The position numbers and the translations under genes are program-made. A stretch of DNA of 64,000 nt from Candidatus Cloacimonadales bacterium (GTDB lineage Bacteria; Cloacimonadota; Cloacimonadia; Cloacimonadales; JAFGVF01): contig OY762964.1 of assembly GCA_963667035.1 (NCBI GenBank), forward strand, positions 1,088,001-1,152,000, read 5' to 3'. Under the pieces are notes generated by a model. It searched no databases, was not told the DNA's origin, and saw only the letters and a program-made list of their open reading frames with translations. Within the stretch, counting starts at the first letter, position 1. Every line of letters starts with the position of its first letter. Below are positions 52,119-61,665 of this stretch, in pieces.

Positions 52119-53219
52119 CTAAACAACAACGATATTATTCTTTGGCAACAAGTCCCTAAGAATATACGTTCTATGATACTCGGCAGCAATAAAGTAATTG
52201 TATACTTCCGTATCAACAAGTACTACAGTTTCCGAATGATTCTTTAACTTCAAATCTTCTATCCATGAATATCCCATATATTTTGGAATGTTTCGTTCCG
52301 GAAAATCGAAAATACTTTTATCTCTAAAAGCTTTTTTCCAAAAGGATGCTCTTTCATCTTTTTTACCTTCTAATGATAAGACTTCTCTCAAGCTATCTTT
52401 AATATCAGCAAACTCTAAAGAGATCCTTTCATCCAGTTCATCAGGATTAAAGATTAGGTAGCTTTTATAATAGTTGTATAAACCTTCACAAGCCTCAAGA
52501 AAAGTACTGACATTATCTCTCCTATTCAGTCCGTTAGTAGCTTCACAAGGATGATCATAATTGAATGTCCATTTTAAGAAAGGTTTATCAGGATATGTAG
52601 CTACTGCTCCATGTCCCAAAGCTCCGGAGGCTTTTTCTACTGTATTAAGCCCAATAGTTCTGAAATTCTTAATCATTAAAGATGTTAACTGATTGAAAAA
52701 ACTTTTTTCTTTCTTCTTCATTCGTTTTTTGAGGTTAACATCATTTACTGAATAATCGATTGAACCTGTATCAACTTCATTTCTTCGGGAACTAACTCCT
52801 GAAAATCCGTAGTGAGCAAATGTGTCTGCATAAACGTGTGAAGTGATTCCAACAAGATATTTTTGGAAAGGCTTGTAAGGGTAGAATAGTGAGTGGTCTA
52901 GCATCTGAAGGGCTATATCACTGTCTTTTTGACACACTAGTCGCTCGGTGAATTCACTACCGATATTACCAGGCAAAAAGTGGAAAGGTACCCAAACCAT
53001 TCTTTGGTCATCACGTTTTAAATTCTCAATAGATTCTCCGTGATGAGCAGTTATGATAGGTACTATACTGCTTCCGTCTTTAAAATTGCATTTTATCGAT
53101 TTATCAACACAGTCATCAACAAATTGAGCTGAATTTGCAATTATATGTGCTGTTTTTTCTTTTATTCCCGCAGCTCTGGCAATTGTGTAGGTTCCATAAT
53201 AATGGAAATCTATCTGCAT
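52119..53219 (-). CDS. DUF6765-like protein
   Basis: MQIDFHYYGTY..ARAAG, QFVDD, WVPFHFLPG, HVYADTFAH.GFSG and LGH...YPD motifs; start at ATG 53219 after GGAGG. Confidence 0.65.
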   Translation of the reverse strand: MQIDFHYYGTYTIARAAGIKEKTAHIIANSAQFVDDCVDKSIKCNFKDGSSIVPIITAHHGESIENLKRDDQRMVWVPFHFLPGNIGSEFTERLVCQKDSDIALQMLDHSLFYPYKPFQKYLVGITSHVYADTFAHYGFSGVSSRRNEVDTGSIDYSVNDVNLKKRMKKKEKSFFNQLTSLMIKNFRTIGLNTVEKASGALGHGAVATYPDKPFLKWTFNYDHPCEATNGLNRRDNVSTFLEACEGLYNYYKSYLIFNPDELDERISLEFADIKDSLREVLSLEGKKDERASFWKKAFRDKSIFDFPERNIPKYMGYSWIEDLKLKNHSETVVLVDTEVYNYFIAAEYHRTYILRDLLPKNNIVVV

Positions 53220-53538
53220 TGTTCCTCCAATGAACGTTACAAATCCTGTAGGATAAACGATTCTACTATTACTGATATCTAACATAAGCCCATAGAATGA
53301 TAATCTAGGATTTAATAATCTAAATTTAAATTGATAAATTCAAAGTGTCGTAAATAGTCAAGAATTAAATATTGTAACGGCAAATCTGATTGATAAATCA
53401 CTTTAATTAATTGATGTTATATGCTTAATCGCATTGTAAGGTTTACACACTTTTCTTTTTACTCCCTTACTCCTGTATAAAACCATTTATCTATTTATGC
53501 ATTATCACACCACATTGTTTAAACGACTTAGTAAAACA

Positions 53539-53646
53539 CAATTTTCCCACTGTGATCCCACTGTGAAGGTACTGCTAACCCGGTGTCTCAGTGAGTGGAT
53601 AGTGCGTTCACAGTGGAATCACAGTGCGAACACAGTGCGTTGTTAG
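53539..53646 (+). repeat. Phased CACTG/CAGTG dyad element, copy D
   Basis: Gap-free alignment with copies A-C. Confidence 0.85.
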
Positions 53647-53652
53647 AGTATG

Positions 53653-54014
53653 TGTACTGTCCTGGATAGGTTACCCTAAAAAGGAACAGGAGAAATGATG
53701 AGTAAAGAGACAACGAAAAGGTACCAACGTAGTTATAGTGTTGTATTTAAAATGAAAGTAGTGGACGAAATTGAGAACGGATGTTTAAGTCAGGGAGAAG
53801 CTCAACGGCTTTATCACATATCTAGTATATCCACAATCCAAGGGTGGATTAAGAAGTATGGAATGAATGCAAACTCAGATACAAAGGATTAGGGCACATC
53901 TGTAACTTGTATGGATACACACAGGACAGGGCTTTAATATGCATAAGAAGATACTTGAGCGAGATGCTACGAGAAACCGTGAGATAGTGTATATCGTCCT
54001 GAATAAAGTTGGCA
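53653..54014 (+). pseudogene. Degenerate IS3-family element (IRL, orfA HTH, decayed orfB start, then a further IR-like end)
   Basis: IRL identical to 4092. 53695-53892 encodes an HTH_Tnp-like YS..FK.KVV.E...W..KYG segment. 53870-53989 matches 3733-3850. TATATCGTCCTGAATAAAGTTGGCA at 53990-54014 is IR-like. Confidence 0.72.
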
Positions 54015-54256
54015 TATTGAGAAATGACAGAAAAAAGTATTCTTAAATTTTGAACATCATAATGCTTTTCTTCCTATAATATAGTTATTCCGAATCTATC
54101 ACTTATAATCTATTTAAATGGGGCTCTCTCTTTGAGATGTAAACAACAAGTAAAGATTATTACTAAAATCTACATTCAATTATGTAAAGAAAGTGTTTGA
54201 CAAGTATCAAAGGAATTAGGATTCTATGTAAAATCTTCCATAAAAAGGAGTGAATT

Positions 54257-56125
54257 ATGAAGAAAGGTTTATTATTTATTACACTTTTACTTCTTGCTCT
54301 ATCCGCTTTAGCTGTGCAAATCAATGTTGTTGCTGAAGTATTCACGGAATCTTGGTGAGGATACTGTCCAAGAGCAAGAGCAGGTCTGCTTTCGTTATAT
54401 GAAAATCAACCCAATGTCGTGCCACTTATATGGCAAGGAGACAGTTCGAATGTATCACCTAATTATTCAGGACGTAGAGGTTTAATCGGTTCGCTTTCAA
54501 GTGGTATACCACAAACAGCTTTCCAAGGTGTAGAACTTGAAGTTGGAGCCTTACCAACAGCTTATCAAAGCCAATTTTTACCAATTTACAATGATTTGAT
54601 TGATGATCCAAGTCCTGTACAATTATCCGGGGTATTTGTTCCAACAAGTACAGGATATAATCTTATTGCAGATGTTCAGCTTGAATCAAATCTTGATTAT
54701 TCAAACAACAAATTAGTATATATTATTACAAGACATCAGACAGATGAATATTTCTGTAGTGTCGTTGCATACGGTGATATGGATTTACCAATAAGTACAG
54801 CAGGACAATCAGGAAGTTATAACATGGAGCTTGCTGTAAATCAAGCTTGGGATCCTGAGACATTACAAGGTTACATCTTAGTTCAATCATTTGATACAAC
54901 TTACCCTTACATTTATCAAGCTGCTGAATGTGGCACATCACCTGTAACTACCACAAGTATGAATTTTGGAGATTCATACATCGGTGGAAATTTCGAGAAG
55001 AAGTTTAAAGTTATAAATATCTCAGATAATAATGCTAACTTTGTATTATCATTGATTGGTGACGGCTATACACTCACTGACCCTACTACTCTTAGTTTAA
55101 ATGCAGGTGAGCAGTATGAATATACTGTAACATTTACACCGACAGCAGAAATGCAATATCCTGGTGTAATAATGGTATCTTCAGATATCAGTGGTTTTGA
55201 GTATTCCGAGATAGCTCTTGATGGAACCGGTTTTGTAGATCAAGCTCCTAGTGCCGAATTAGTAACATTAACCGGAATGGCAATGCAAAATGATTTCCTT
55301 ACAGCAAGCTATACTTTCCTTGATATGGATGGTGACATGGAAGGAGATACAGAAGTCAAATGGTATAAATCTCAAGATGGAGATAATTGGGAAGAATTCA
55401 ATCATAATTCTAATGACCCAATGATAATGCAAATTGGAGCAGAGTATATTGGTTACATGATTAAGTTTACAGTATTACCGATAGACGAACACTCAATGCC
55501 CGGTACACTTGTGGAATCTAATACTTCAAGCGTAATTATTCCTTTGCAAGCTCCTTGGGGACTGGACTTTACATCTGAAAATGGAAATGATATCGTCCTT
55601 ACTTGGGAGAATCCATTAACAGACCAACGTGCCTTGTTCGGGTACAGAGTATTTAGAAATGGTGTTTCTCATGCAACCTTACCTAACAGTAATACTTTAA
55701 CTTATACAGATGTTGCTGTTGAAGACGGAACATGGGAATACTATGTAAGAGCTATTTACAATAATCCTCTTACAACATCAGAGCCGTCTAATACGATTAC
55801 TGTTGTTATTGAAGACGGTCTTGTTGGTAATAATGAGAATGTTGCAACTTTAAACAATACTCTTTCCGTTTCTCCTAATCCTTTCTCAGAATCGTCTAAT
55901 CTCTCTTTTTCACTTAAGAGTGCTGATGATGTTAGAGTGGATATTTACAATGTAAGAGGTCAGCTTGTTAACACTCTTGTTAATAGTAATCTTTCACAGG
56001 GTGAACATACTATCCAATGGAATGGTACTGATGCAAGAAACAACAAAGTCTCAAATGGTATTTATTTCTATAAAATAACTGCTTCAGATTATAATAGAAG
56101 TATGAAAACTATCTACATGAAATAG
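54257..56125 (+). CDS. Putative secreted selenoprotein: Omp28/thioredoxin-like UxxC domain, Ig/FN3-like domains and FlgD-Ig/T9SS-A-like tail (622 aa with Sec34)
   Basis: AAGGAG RBS, ATG at 54257, signal peptide, VVAEVFTESW-TGA(54356-54358)-GYCP in frame with the 54419-56125 ORF, and a SECIS-like hairpin downstream. Confidence 0.8.
54359..54394 (+). promoter_or_regulatory. Candidate bacterial SECIS element
   Basis: AGAGCA-GGTC-TGCTTT stem-loop at 54377-54392. The core GCAGGTCTGC begins 21 nt after the UGA and matches the apical stem-loop I recall for the E. coli fdhF SECIS. Confidence 0.7.
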
Positions 56126-56143
56126 ATAGCAATAGATTATATG

Positions 56144-56173
56144 AAAGCCTCATCAAATAGATGAGGCTTTTTT
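56144..56173 (+). terminator. Intrinsic terminator
   Basis: AAAGCCTCATC-AAATA-GATGAGGCTTT followed by a T-run. Confidence 0.85.
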
Positions 56174-56271
56174 AGTAGGAATAAATAAAATGCTCCTACT
56201 GATATTAGGTTGACATTTATTGAAAGAGATAACTATTATCACATAAGATGAAAACTAAATGGAGATAGATT

Positions 56272-59200
56272 ATGAAGTTATTTTGTAGGCGTTATTTACC
56301 TTTAATACTGCTGATTATGATTGTTGCCTTAATGTTCACTTTAGGAGCAAAGAAAAGTGGAGATAAAATTCCCCTTTCTGATGTGATTATATCTTCCAGT
56401 TCTGATATTGTGCCTTCTGATAGTGAGATATTCGTCTATTTAAACGATAAATATTCAAACAAAATCAATAATATAAATCCGGATAAGTACTGGTCGATAA
56501 GTCCAAAGCTTAAAGGTAGATTATATAAATCTGGAAGAAATAAGATTGTTTTCCGACCCGAGAACGGATTTAAACCGGGAGAGAACTATACATTTAAACT
56601 TCAATTGGATAAGATTCTTAACGAGAATAGAATTGATGAGTTTTTTCTTGATATTAGAATTCCACTAAATGAGATAATCAGATTCAATTATTATACATCA
56701 TTTGACGGAAATACAGGGCAAACCTTACTCAAAGGGAATATATCCGTTAACGGAAGAGTTGAGAGAGAACAGTTAAATGCCGGGGTTAGCTTAAAGAGTA
56801 AATCAGGTCTGGAATACAATATTGTCTGGAATGGCTATAGCGGTCGCTATTGGGATTTTGAGATAGGTCCTTTGGATACAAAAGATATTACTAATGAGAT
56901 GCAATTGGAGTTTGATAAAGACGCCTTATCTTTAAGAGAAAGCTCATCTCAAAGAATTGAAGTGAAAGAAGCAAAAGAGTTTAATCTTACTTCTATTTAT
57001 TGGGAGAAACTAAGACTTCAAAACCTGATGGTCCTATCTTTTGACTGTGGATTAAAGAAGTTTCAAGATTTAAACGGATTAATATCACTTGAACCTAAAT
57101 GCAACTTTACAAGTACTATAAGAGACGACAGAATTTATCTAAAAGGTGACTTTGTACCGGGTGTAACTTATACTGTAAAGCTTGCATCTTCAATTAGTAA
57201 CCACTATGATGTGAAAATGAAAGATGTCGAGAACAGAAAGACTACAGCTCCCGATTTAAATGAATTGCATGAGTTTAGTGAGCAAGGTAGTTTTCTATCG
57301 TCATTAAGCGATAATAAAGTTAGCGTAAACCTTATTAATATTGATAAATTACATCTTGAAGTTAAGAAGATTCATAAAAATAATCTCTCGTATTTCTTAG
57401 ATTACAATGAGCTCTCAACAAATGGCAATTACTATGGATATGACAATATCACGTATTATGGTGAGAGTATTATATCAAAAGATATTGATTTGGATATTCC
57501 TAGAAACAGTCTTGTTAGAGTTGACTTGGATTTATCTGACTTATCAAAAGAAAACGACGGTAGCATATTCGTTATTGAAATTAAAAATCCTAACGAATGG
57601 CAAAATAAAAGAAAGATAGTTATTAAATCAGATTTGGCAGTAACAATGTTTAAAAGCGAACTTGAAACTGTAATCTCAGTGCGTGAAATTGAGTCAGGCT
57701 TTCCGATAGCAAACGCTAAAGTAGATATTTTGTCCGAACAACATCAGCTATTAAAATCCGCTTTCACTAATGAAGATGGATTAATAACAGGTCTGGAAAT
57801 CAAAGAAGACCCAAAATATATTATTGCTCGTAATTTTGAGAAAATGGGATTGCTCCTACCATACAATATGATGTGGAATACTTCTACATTTGATGTCGGA
57901 GGAACATCCATAGCCAAAGGTTTACTTATTCACTCTTATCTTGACCGTTCTATCTACAGACCGGGAGAGACAATAACCCTTGCAGCGATAGTCAGAGATA
58001 GGAATGGAGATTACCCGGATGAGCTTCCTTTAAACATAAGCGTATATAATGCTGAGAACAAGCTAATCGGTGAAGAAGTGATTAAAGATAGCAAAAAGGG
58101 ATTCTTCTTTTACCGGTATAAAACATCCGAATCCGATTTAACTGGTAGTTGGAGATTTAAAATAGTTGCTGGAGCTACAGAAGAGAATATCTACTTCGAT
58201 TTACAAACAGTGATTGCCAATAGAATAACTGTTAATGTTAATACTGATAAAGACATTTATTCAAATGATGATGATAAGATTGATATCAATGTTAAATCGG
58301 ATTATTTATTCGGGAAACCTGCTTCAGATTTGGAAGGAATGATTAAGCTAAAGATAAGCTCTTATATAAAGTCGTTTAAGACTTGGAGCGATTATACTTT
58401 TTACGATAAAGAGAGGAAGTTTACTAAGTCTGAACAAACACTTAAGATTGAAAAGACTGATGCAGAAGGATATCTTAAAGTTAACTGGAATATCCCAGAT
58501 TATCCGGCTCTGCCATCTGCTTTGAACTTAATAATAACAGGTGAAGTAACTGAAAGTAATCGTCCTGTATCTACAAACAAAATAGTTAGTTATGAAAAAT
58601 ATAATCATTATGTAGGTATTAAGAGTGATAACTATTATCTACAACAAGGTAAGAAGCAGAAATATGATATTATCTATGTTGATAGAGAAGGTAATCCTGT
58701 AAGCAAGGAAAAGCTTACGGTTAAGGTTTATTATCAGGAGTACAATTGGTGGTATAATTACAATGATTCCAATATATCTTTTAAAGAAGATTACAATACC
58801 AGTTTAGTTACCGAAAAGACCATTACTTCAAAGAGTAAGCCGGTTACTTTTAGTTTTACTCCTGAACAAAAGGGTAAGTATCTTATTGAAGTTACTTCAG
58901 CCAATGGTCACTCTGCATCATTAGAAAGACAAACCAGTTGGTGGCAGAATGAATCAGGTAGTATGAGAAGTGAAGGGCTTATTACACTAAAATCTGATAA
59001 GTCAGTCTATAAAGTTGGAGATAAAGCAAAGATAACATTCCCTGCACCGGAAAATGGACAACTATTCTATACTCTATCCAAAGACGGTAAAGTGTTAATT
59101 ACTAAATCGGAAGAATTGAAGTCTAAAGACAATGAGGGTGAGATTATTTTAGACATCTCTAGTGAACTCATGCCAAATGCCTATCTTTCAGTTTCTATAA

Positions 59201-61665
59201 TACAACCGATAACAGTAAGTAAAAATGACAGACCGATAAGAATGTTCGGTGTAATTCCAATAAAGGTTGAAGAAGAGAGTACTCGCTTAAGTTTTGATTT
59301 GAAGACACCCGAGAAAGTCAAACCGGGAAGTAAGCTTACATGTGAGATTCAAGCAGATACAAATACTAAGATACCATTTACTCTCTATGTGATAGATGAG
59401 GGTTTAGTAACACTTACTGAATATAGAATACCTAATCCTTGGAACACATTCTATGCTAAACGTAGATTACAGACAATCCCTTATGATAACTATCCTTGGT
59501 TTATTGGATTACCGCAAGGAGATGCTTTCAAGACTTTCTCTGTTGGTGGAAGTGCTATGTTTGCAATGGAAGAAGCAGGAGCCGGAAGATTAATGAAAGA
59601 TGAGGTTGGTAATGATGAACTTTTGCAAAGATTCGTTCCTCTTTCTATTTGTAAAGGTGTGCTTGAGACGGATGCAAAGGGATATGCTAAGGTTGACTTC
59701 GATATCCCAAACTATCAAGGAGCGGTAAGGGTTATAGCTGTTGCTGCTAACGGTCATAGCTATGGAATGGAATCCGGTATTGTGAAAGTACTTGATGATT
59801 TGATTGTTATGCCGACTTTACCACGAGTAATGCATCCCGGTGATATTGCCGAGATACCTGTTTCCGTGTTTGCTGTGAATAAATCTATTAAAGAAGTAGA
59901 ACTTAAACTAGATGTTGAAGATGGATATGAAGTGATTGGTGATAATAGTTTATCACTTCCTCTTGTGAACAATCAGGCTAATGTGACTTTTAAGATTAAA
60001 GCACAAAGGACAGGAAACTATAACTTAAACTTCTCTGCTACAAAAGGGAATACTTCTGTTAACGTCTCAAAAGTTCTTCCGATTATAAGCGGCTCATCTC
60101 TGCAACTTGTGGAGAAGCAATATAAGTTTAATGAAAATACTTTAGTCTCTATACCTCTCCTCAGAAAAGACACTCTTTCTTATCACAGAGTTGAATTACA
60201 ATTTAATGATATATCAACACCTAATTTTCTTACGTATGTCGATCAGTTAACTAGATTTCCATACGGTTGTACTGAGCAGATTATTTCGAAGAGCTTCCCA
60301 TTAATATATATTAGAGATATTTTCCCTGAGAACAGAAGAGATTTCTATAATGTCGAACAGCAGATAGATAATACAATCAAAGAGTTGTCTAGACGTCTTA
60401 TGTATGACGGTAGTTTATCGATTTGGTACAACGGAAGCAGTAATCTATTCTTAAGTAATTATGCTCTGCATTTTCTTTTAGAAGCTGAGAATGCCGGATA
60501 CTATGTTCCAAATACTTTGAAAAGCAATTTGATTAAGTATATTCAAAGTTCTGTTAGCTCAATAGATTTAAACAATTATCCTCATTATTCATGCTATGGA
60601 TATTATGTTTTAGCAAAAGCCGGAGAAGCTAATTTAGGCTCAATGAACTATGTTAAAGAAGAGATGATAGATAGACTTGCAACAATAGATAAATGGTTCC
60701 TGGCAGCAGCTTATAAGTTAGCAGGCATTGATAAAACAGCAAAATCAATTAGCAAGAATTTGGATTATGAATTCTTTGATGCTTCAACTGAAGAGTACTT
60801 TTCAACTACAATTAGGGACAAAGCCATTGCCTTAAATTGTCTTCATGAACTGCAAGATAATAGAGAAGATGATCTATACTCAAACCTAATTATTCATCTT
60901 GAACATAAAGAGTATCTTTCAACTAATGAATTGAGTTATTCTCTCATGAGCATAGGTCAAGTATTGAAAGACAAGCATATGAATGAAAAGAGAGAAGGTG
61001 AAATCACTATTACGGATATGACAAGTAATGAGACTTTTAACTTTAAATTCACAGATAGAATGAAGGTTATAGATATTCCTCAGTCTTGGTCATCTAAGCT
61101 CCAAGTTGAAGTTGAAGAATCACTTTCAGATAAAATTGTTATGACTGTAGTTGAGAACTATAAGAGCATACAAATTAAACAGACTAATAGTGAAAACGGT
61201 CTGGCATTACAATACAATTTCTTTATGGAAGGAGTACGAATAGACCCTGAAACAATCAAAGCAGGAGACAGATTTGATGTAGTTGTAGGAATTGAAGCCA
61301 AGCAGACAGTTGCTAATAAGAATTATGTTATTTCAATACCATTACCTGCATGTTGGGAACCGGATCAAGTCGGCTTGATTAATGGGAACTCATTTGACTA
61401 TGGTAGAGATATTACTCTTGCAGAAGATATTAATGGTAATGAAACCAATTCAAAGAAATATATCCTAACTGAACCTACCCATAAAGAGATAAGAGATGAT
61501 AGAGTGTTATTCTTCTTTGATTTGTACGGAAGTAATCCGGCATTTAAGGTTTCATTAACAGCCGTAACCAAAGGTGAGTTCGAAATGGCTTCCGTAAAGG
61601 CATTAAACATGTATTATGGTAACTACAATGCTTCAAAAGCGGGAATGAAAATAATCTGTAAATAG
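56272..61665 (+). CDS. Bacterial alpha-2-macroglobulin family protein
   Basis: LDRSIYRPGE (MG2 domain), VIDEG, thioester motif PYGCTEQ and EIRDDRV; adjacent to pbpC. Confidence 0.92.
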   Translation: MKLFCRRYLPLILLIMIVALMFTLGAKKSGDKIPLSDVIISSSSDIVPSDSEIFVYLNDKYSNKINNINPDKYWSISPKLKGRLYKSGRNKIVFRPENGFKPGENYTFKLQLDKILNENRIDEFFLDIRIPLNEIIRFNYYTSFDGNTGQTLLKGNISVNGRVEREQLNAGVSLKSKSGLEYNIVWNGYSGRYWDFEIGPLDTKDITNEMQLEFDKDALSLRESSSQRIEVKEAKEFNLTSIYWEKLRLQNLMVLSFDCGLKKFQDLNGLISLEPKCNFTSTIRDDRIYLKGDFVPGVTYTVKLASSISNHYDVKMKDVENRKTTAPDLNELHEFSEQGSFLSSLSDNKVSVNLINIDKLHLEVKKIHKNNLSYFLDYNELSTNGNYYGYDNITYYGESIISKDIDLDIPRNSLVRVDLDLSDLSKENDGSIFVIEIKNPNEWQNKRKIVIKSDLAVTMFKSELETVISVREIESGFPIANAKVDILSEQHQLLKSAFTNEDGLITGLEIKEDPKYIIARNFEKMGLLLPYNMMWNTSTFDVGGTSIAKGLLIHSYLDRSIYRPGETITLAAIVRDRNGDYPDELPLNISVYNAENKLIGEEVIKDSKKGFFFYRYKTSESDLTGSWRFKIVAGATEENIYFDLQTVIANRITVNVNTDKDIYSNDDDKIDINVKSDYLFGKPASDLEGMIKLKISSYIKSFKTWSDYTFYDKERKFTKSEQTLKIEKTDAEGYLKVNWNIPDYPALPSALNLIITGEVTESNRPVSTNKIVSYEKYNHYVGIKSDNYYLQQGKKQKYDIIYVDREGNPVSKEKLTVKVYYQEYNWWYNYNDSNISFKEDYNTSLVTEKTITSKSKPVTFSFTPEQKGKYLIEVTSANGHSASLERQTSWWQNESGSMRSEGLITLKSDKSVYKVGDKAKITFPAPENGQLFYTLSKDGKVLITKSEELKSKDNEGEIILDISSELMPNAYLSVSIIQPITVSKNDRPIRMFGVIPIKVEEESTRLSFDLKTPEKVKPGSKLTCEIQADTNTKIPFTLYVIDEGLVTLTEYRIPNPWNTFYAKRRLQTIPYDNYPWFIGLPQGDAFKTFSVGGSAMFAMEEAGAGRLMKDEVGNDELLQRFVPLSICKGVLETDAKGYAKVDFDIPNYQGAVRVIAVAANGHSYGMESGIVKVLDDLIVMPTLPRVMHPGDIAEIPVSVFAVNKSIKEVELKLDVEDGYEVIGDNSLSLPLVNNQANVTFKIKAQRTGNYNLNFSATKGNTSVNVSKVLPIISGSSLQLVEKQYKFNENTLVSIPLLRKDTLSYHRVELQFNDISTPNFLTYVDQLTRFPYGCTEQIISKSFPLIYIRDIFPENRRDFYNVEQQIDNTIKELSRRLMYDGSLSIWYNGSSNLFLSNYALHFLLEAENAGYYVPNTLKSNLIKYIQSSVSSIDLNNYPHYSCYGYYVLAKAGEANLGSMNYVKEEMIDRLATIDKWFLAAAYKLAGIDKTAKSISKNLDYEFFDASTEEYFSTTIRDKAIALNCLHELQDNREDDLYSNLIIHLEHKEYLSTNELSYSLMSIGQVLKDKHMNEKREGEITITDMTSNETFNFKFTDRMKVIDIPQSWSSKLQVEVEESLSDKIVMTVVENYKSIQIKQTNSENGLALQYNFFMEGVRIDPETIKAGDRFDVVVGIEAKQTVANKNYVISIPLPACWEPDQVGLINGNSFDYGRDITLAEDINGNETNSKKYILTEPTHKEIRDDRVLFFFDLYGSNPAFKVSLTAVTKGEFEMASVKALNMYYGNYNASKAGMKIICK

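Noticed and set aside
54356..54358. Genome-wide UGA reassignment (code 4/25)
   Set aside because: TGA terminates xdhB, mutA and ppx, long genes have no internal TGA, and Trp is encoded by TGG.
54419..56125. ORF-track start at 54419 as the true start
   Set aside because: It has no evident RBS or signal peptide; the upstream in-frame ATG at 54257 has both.
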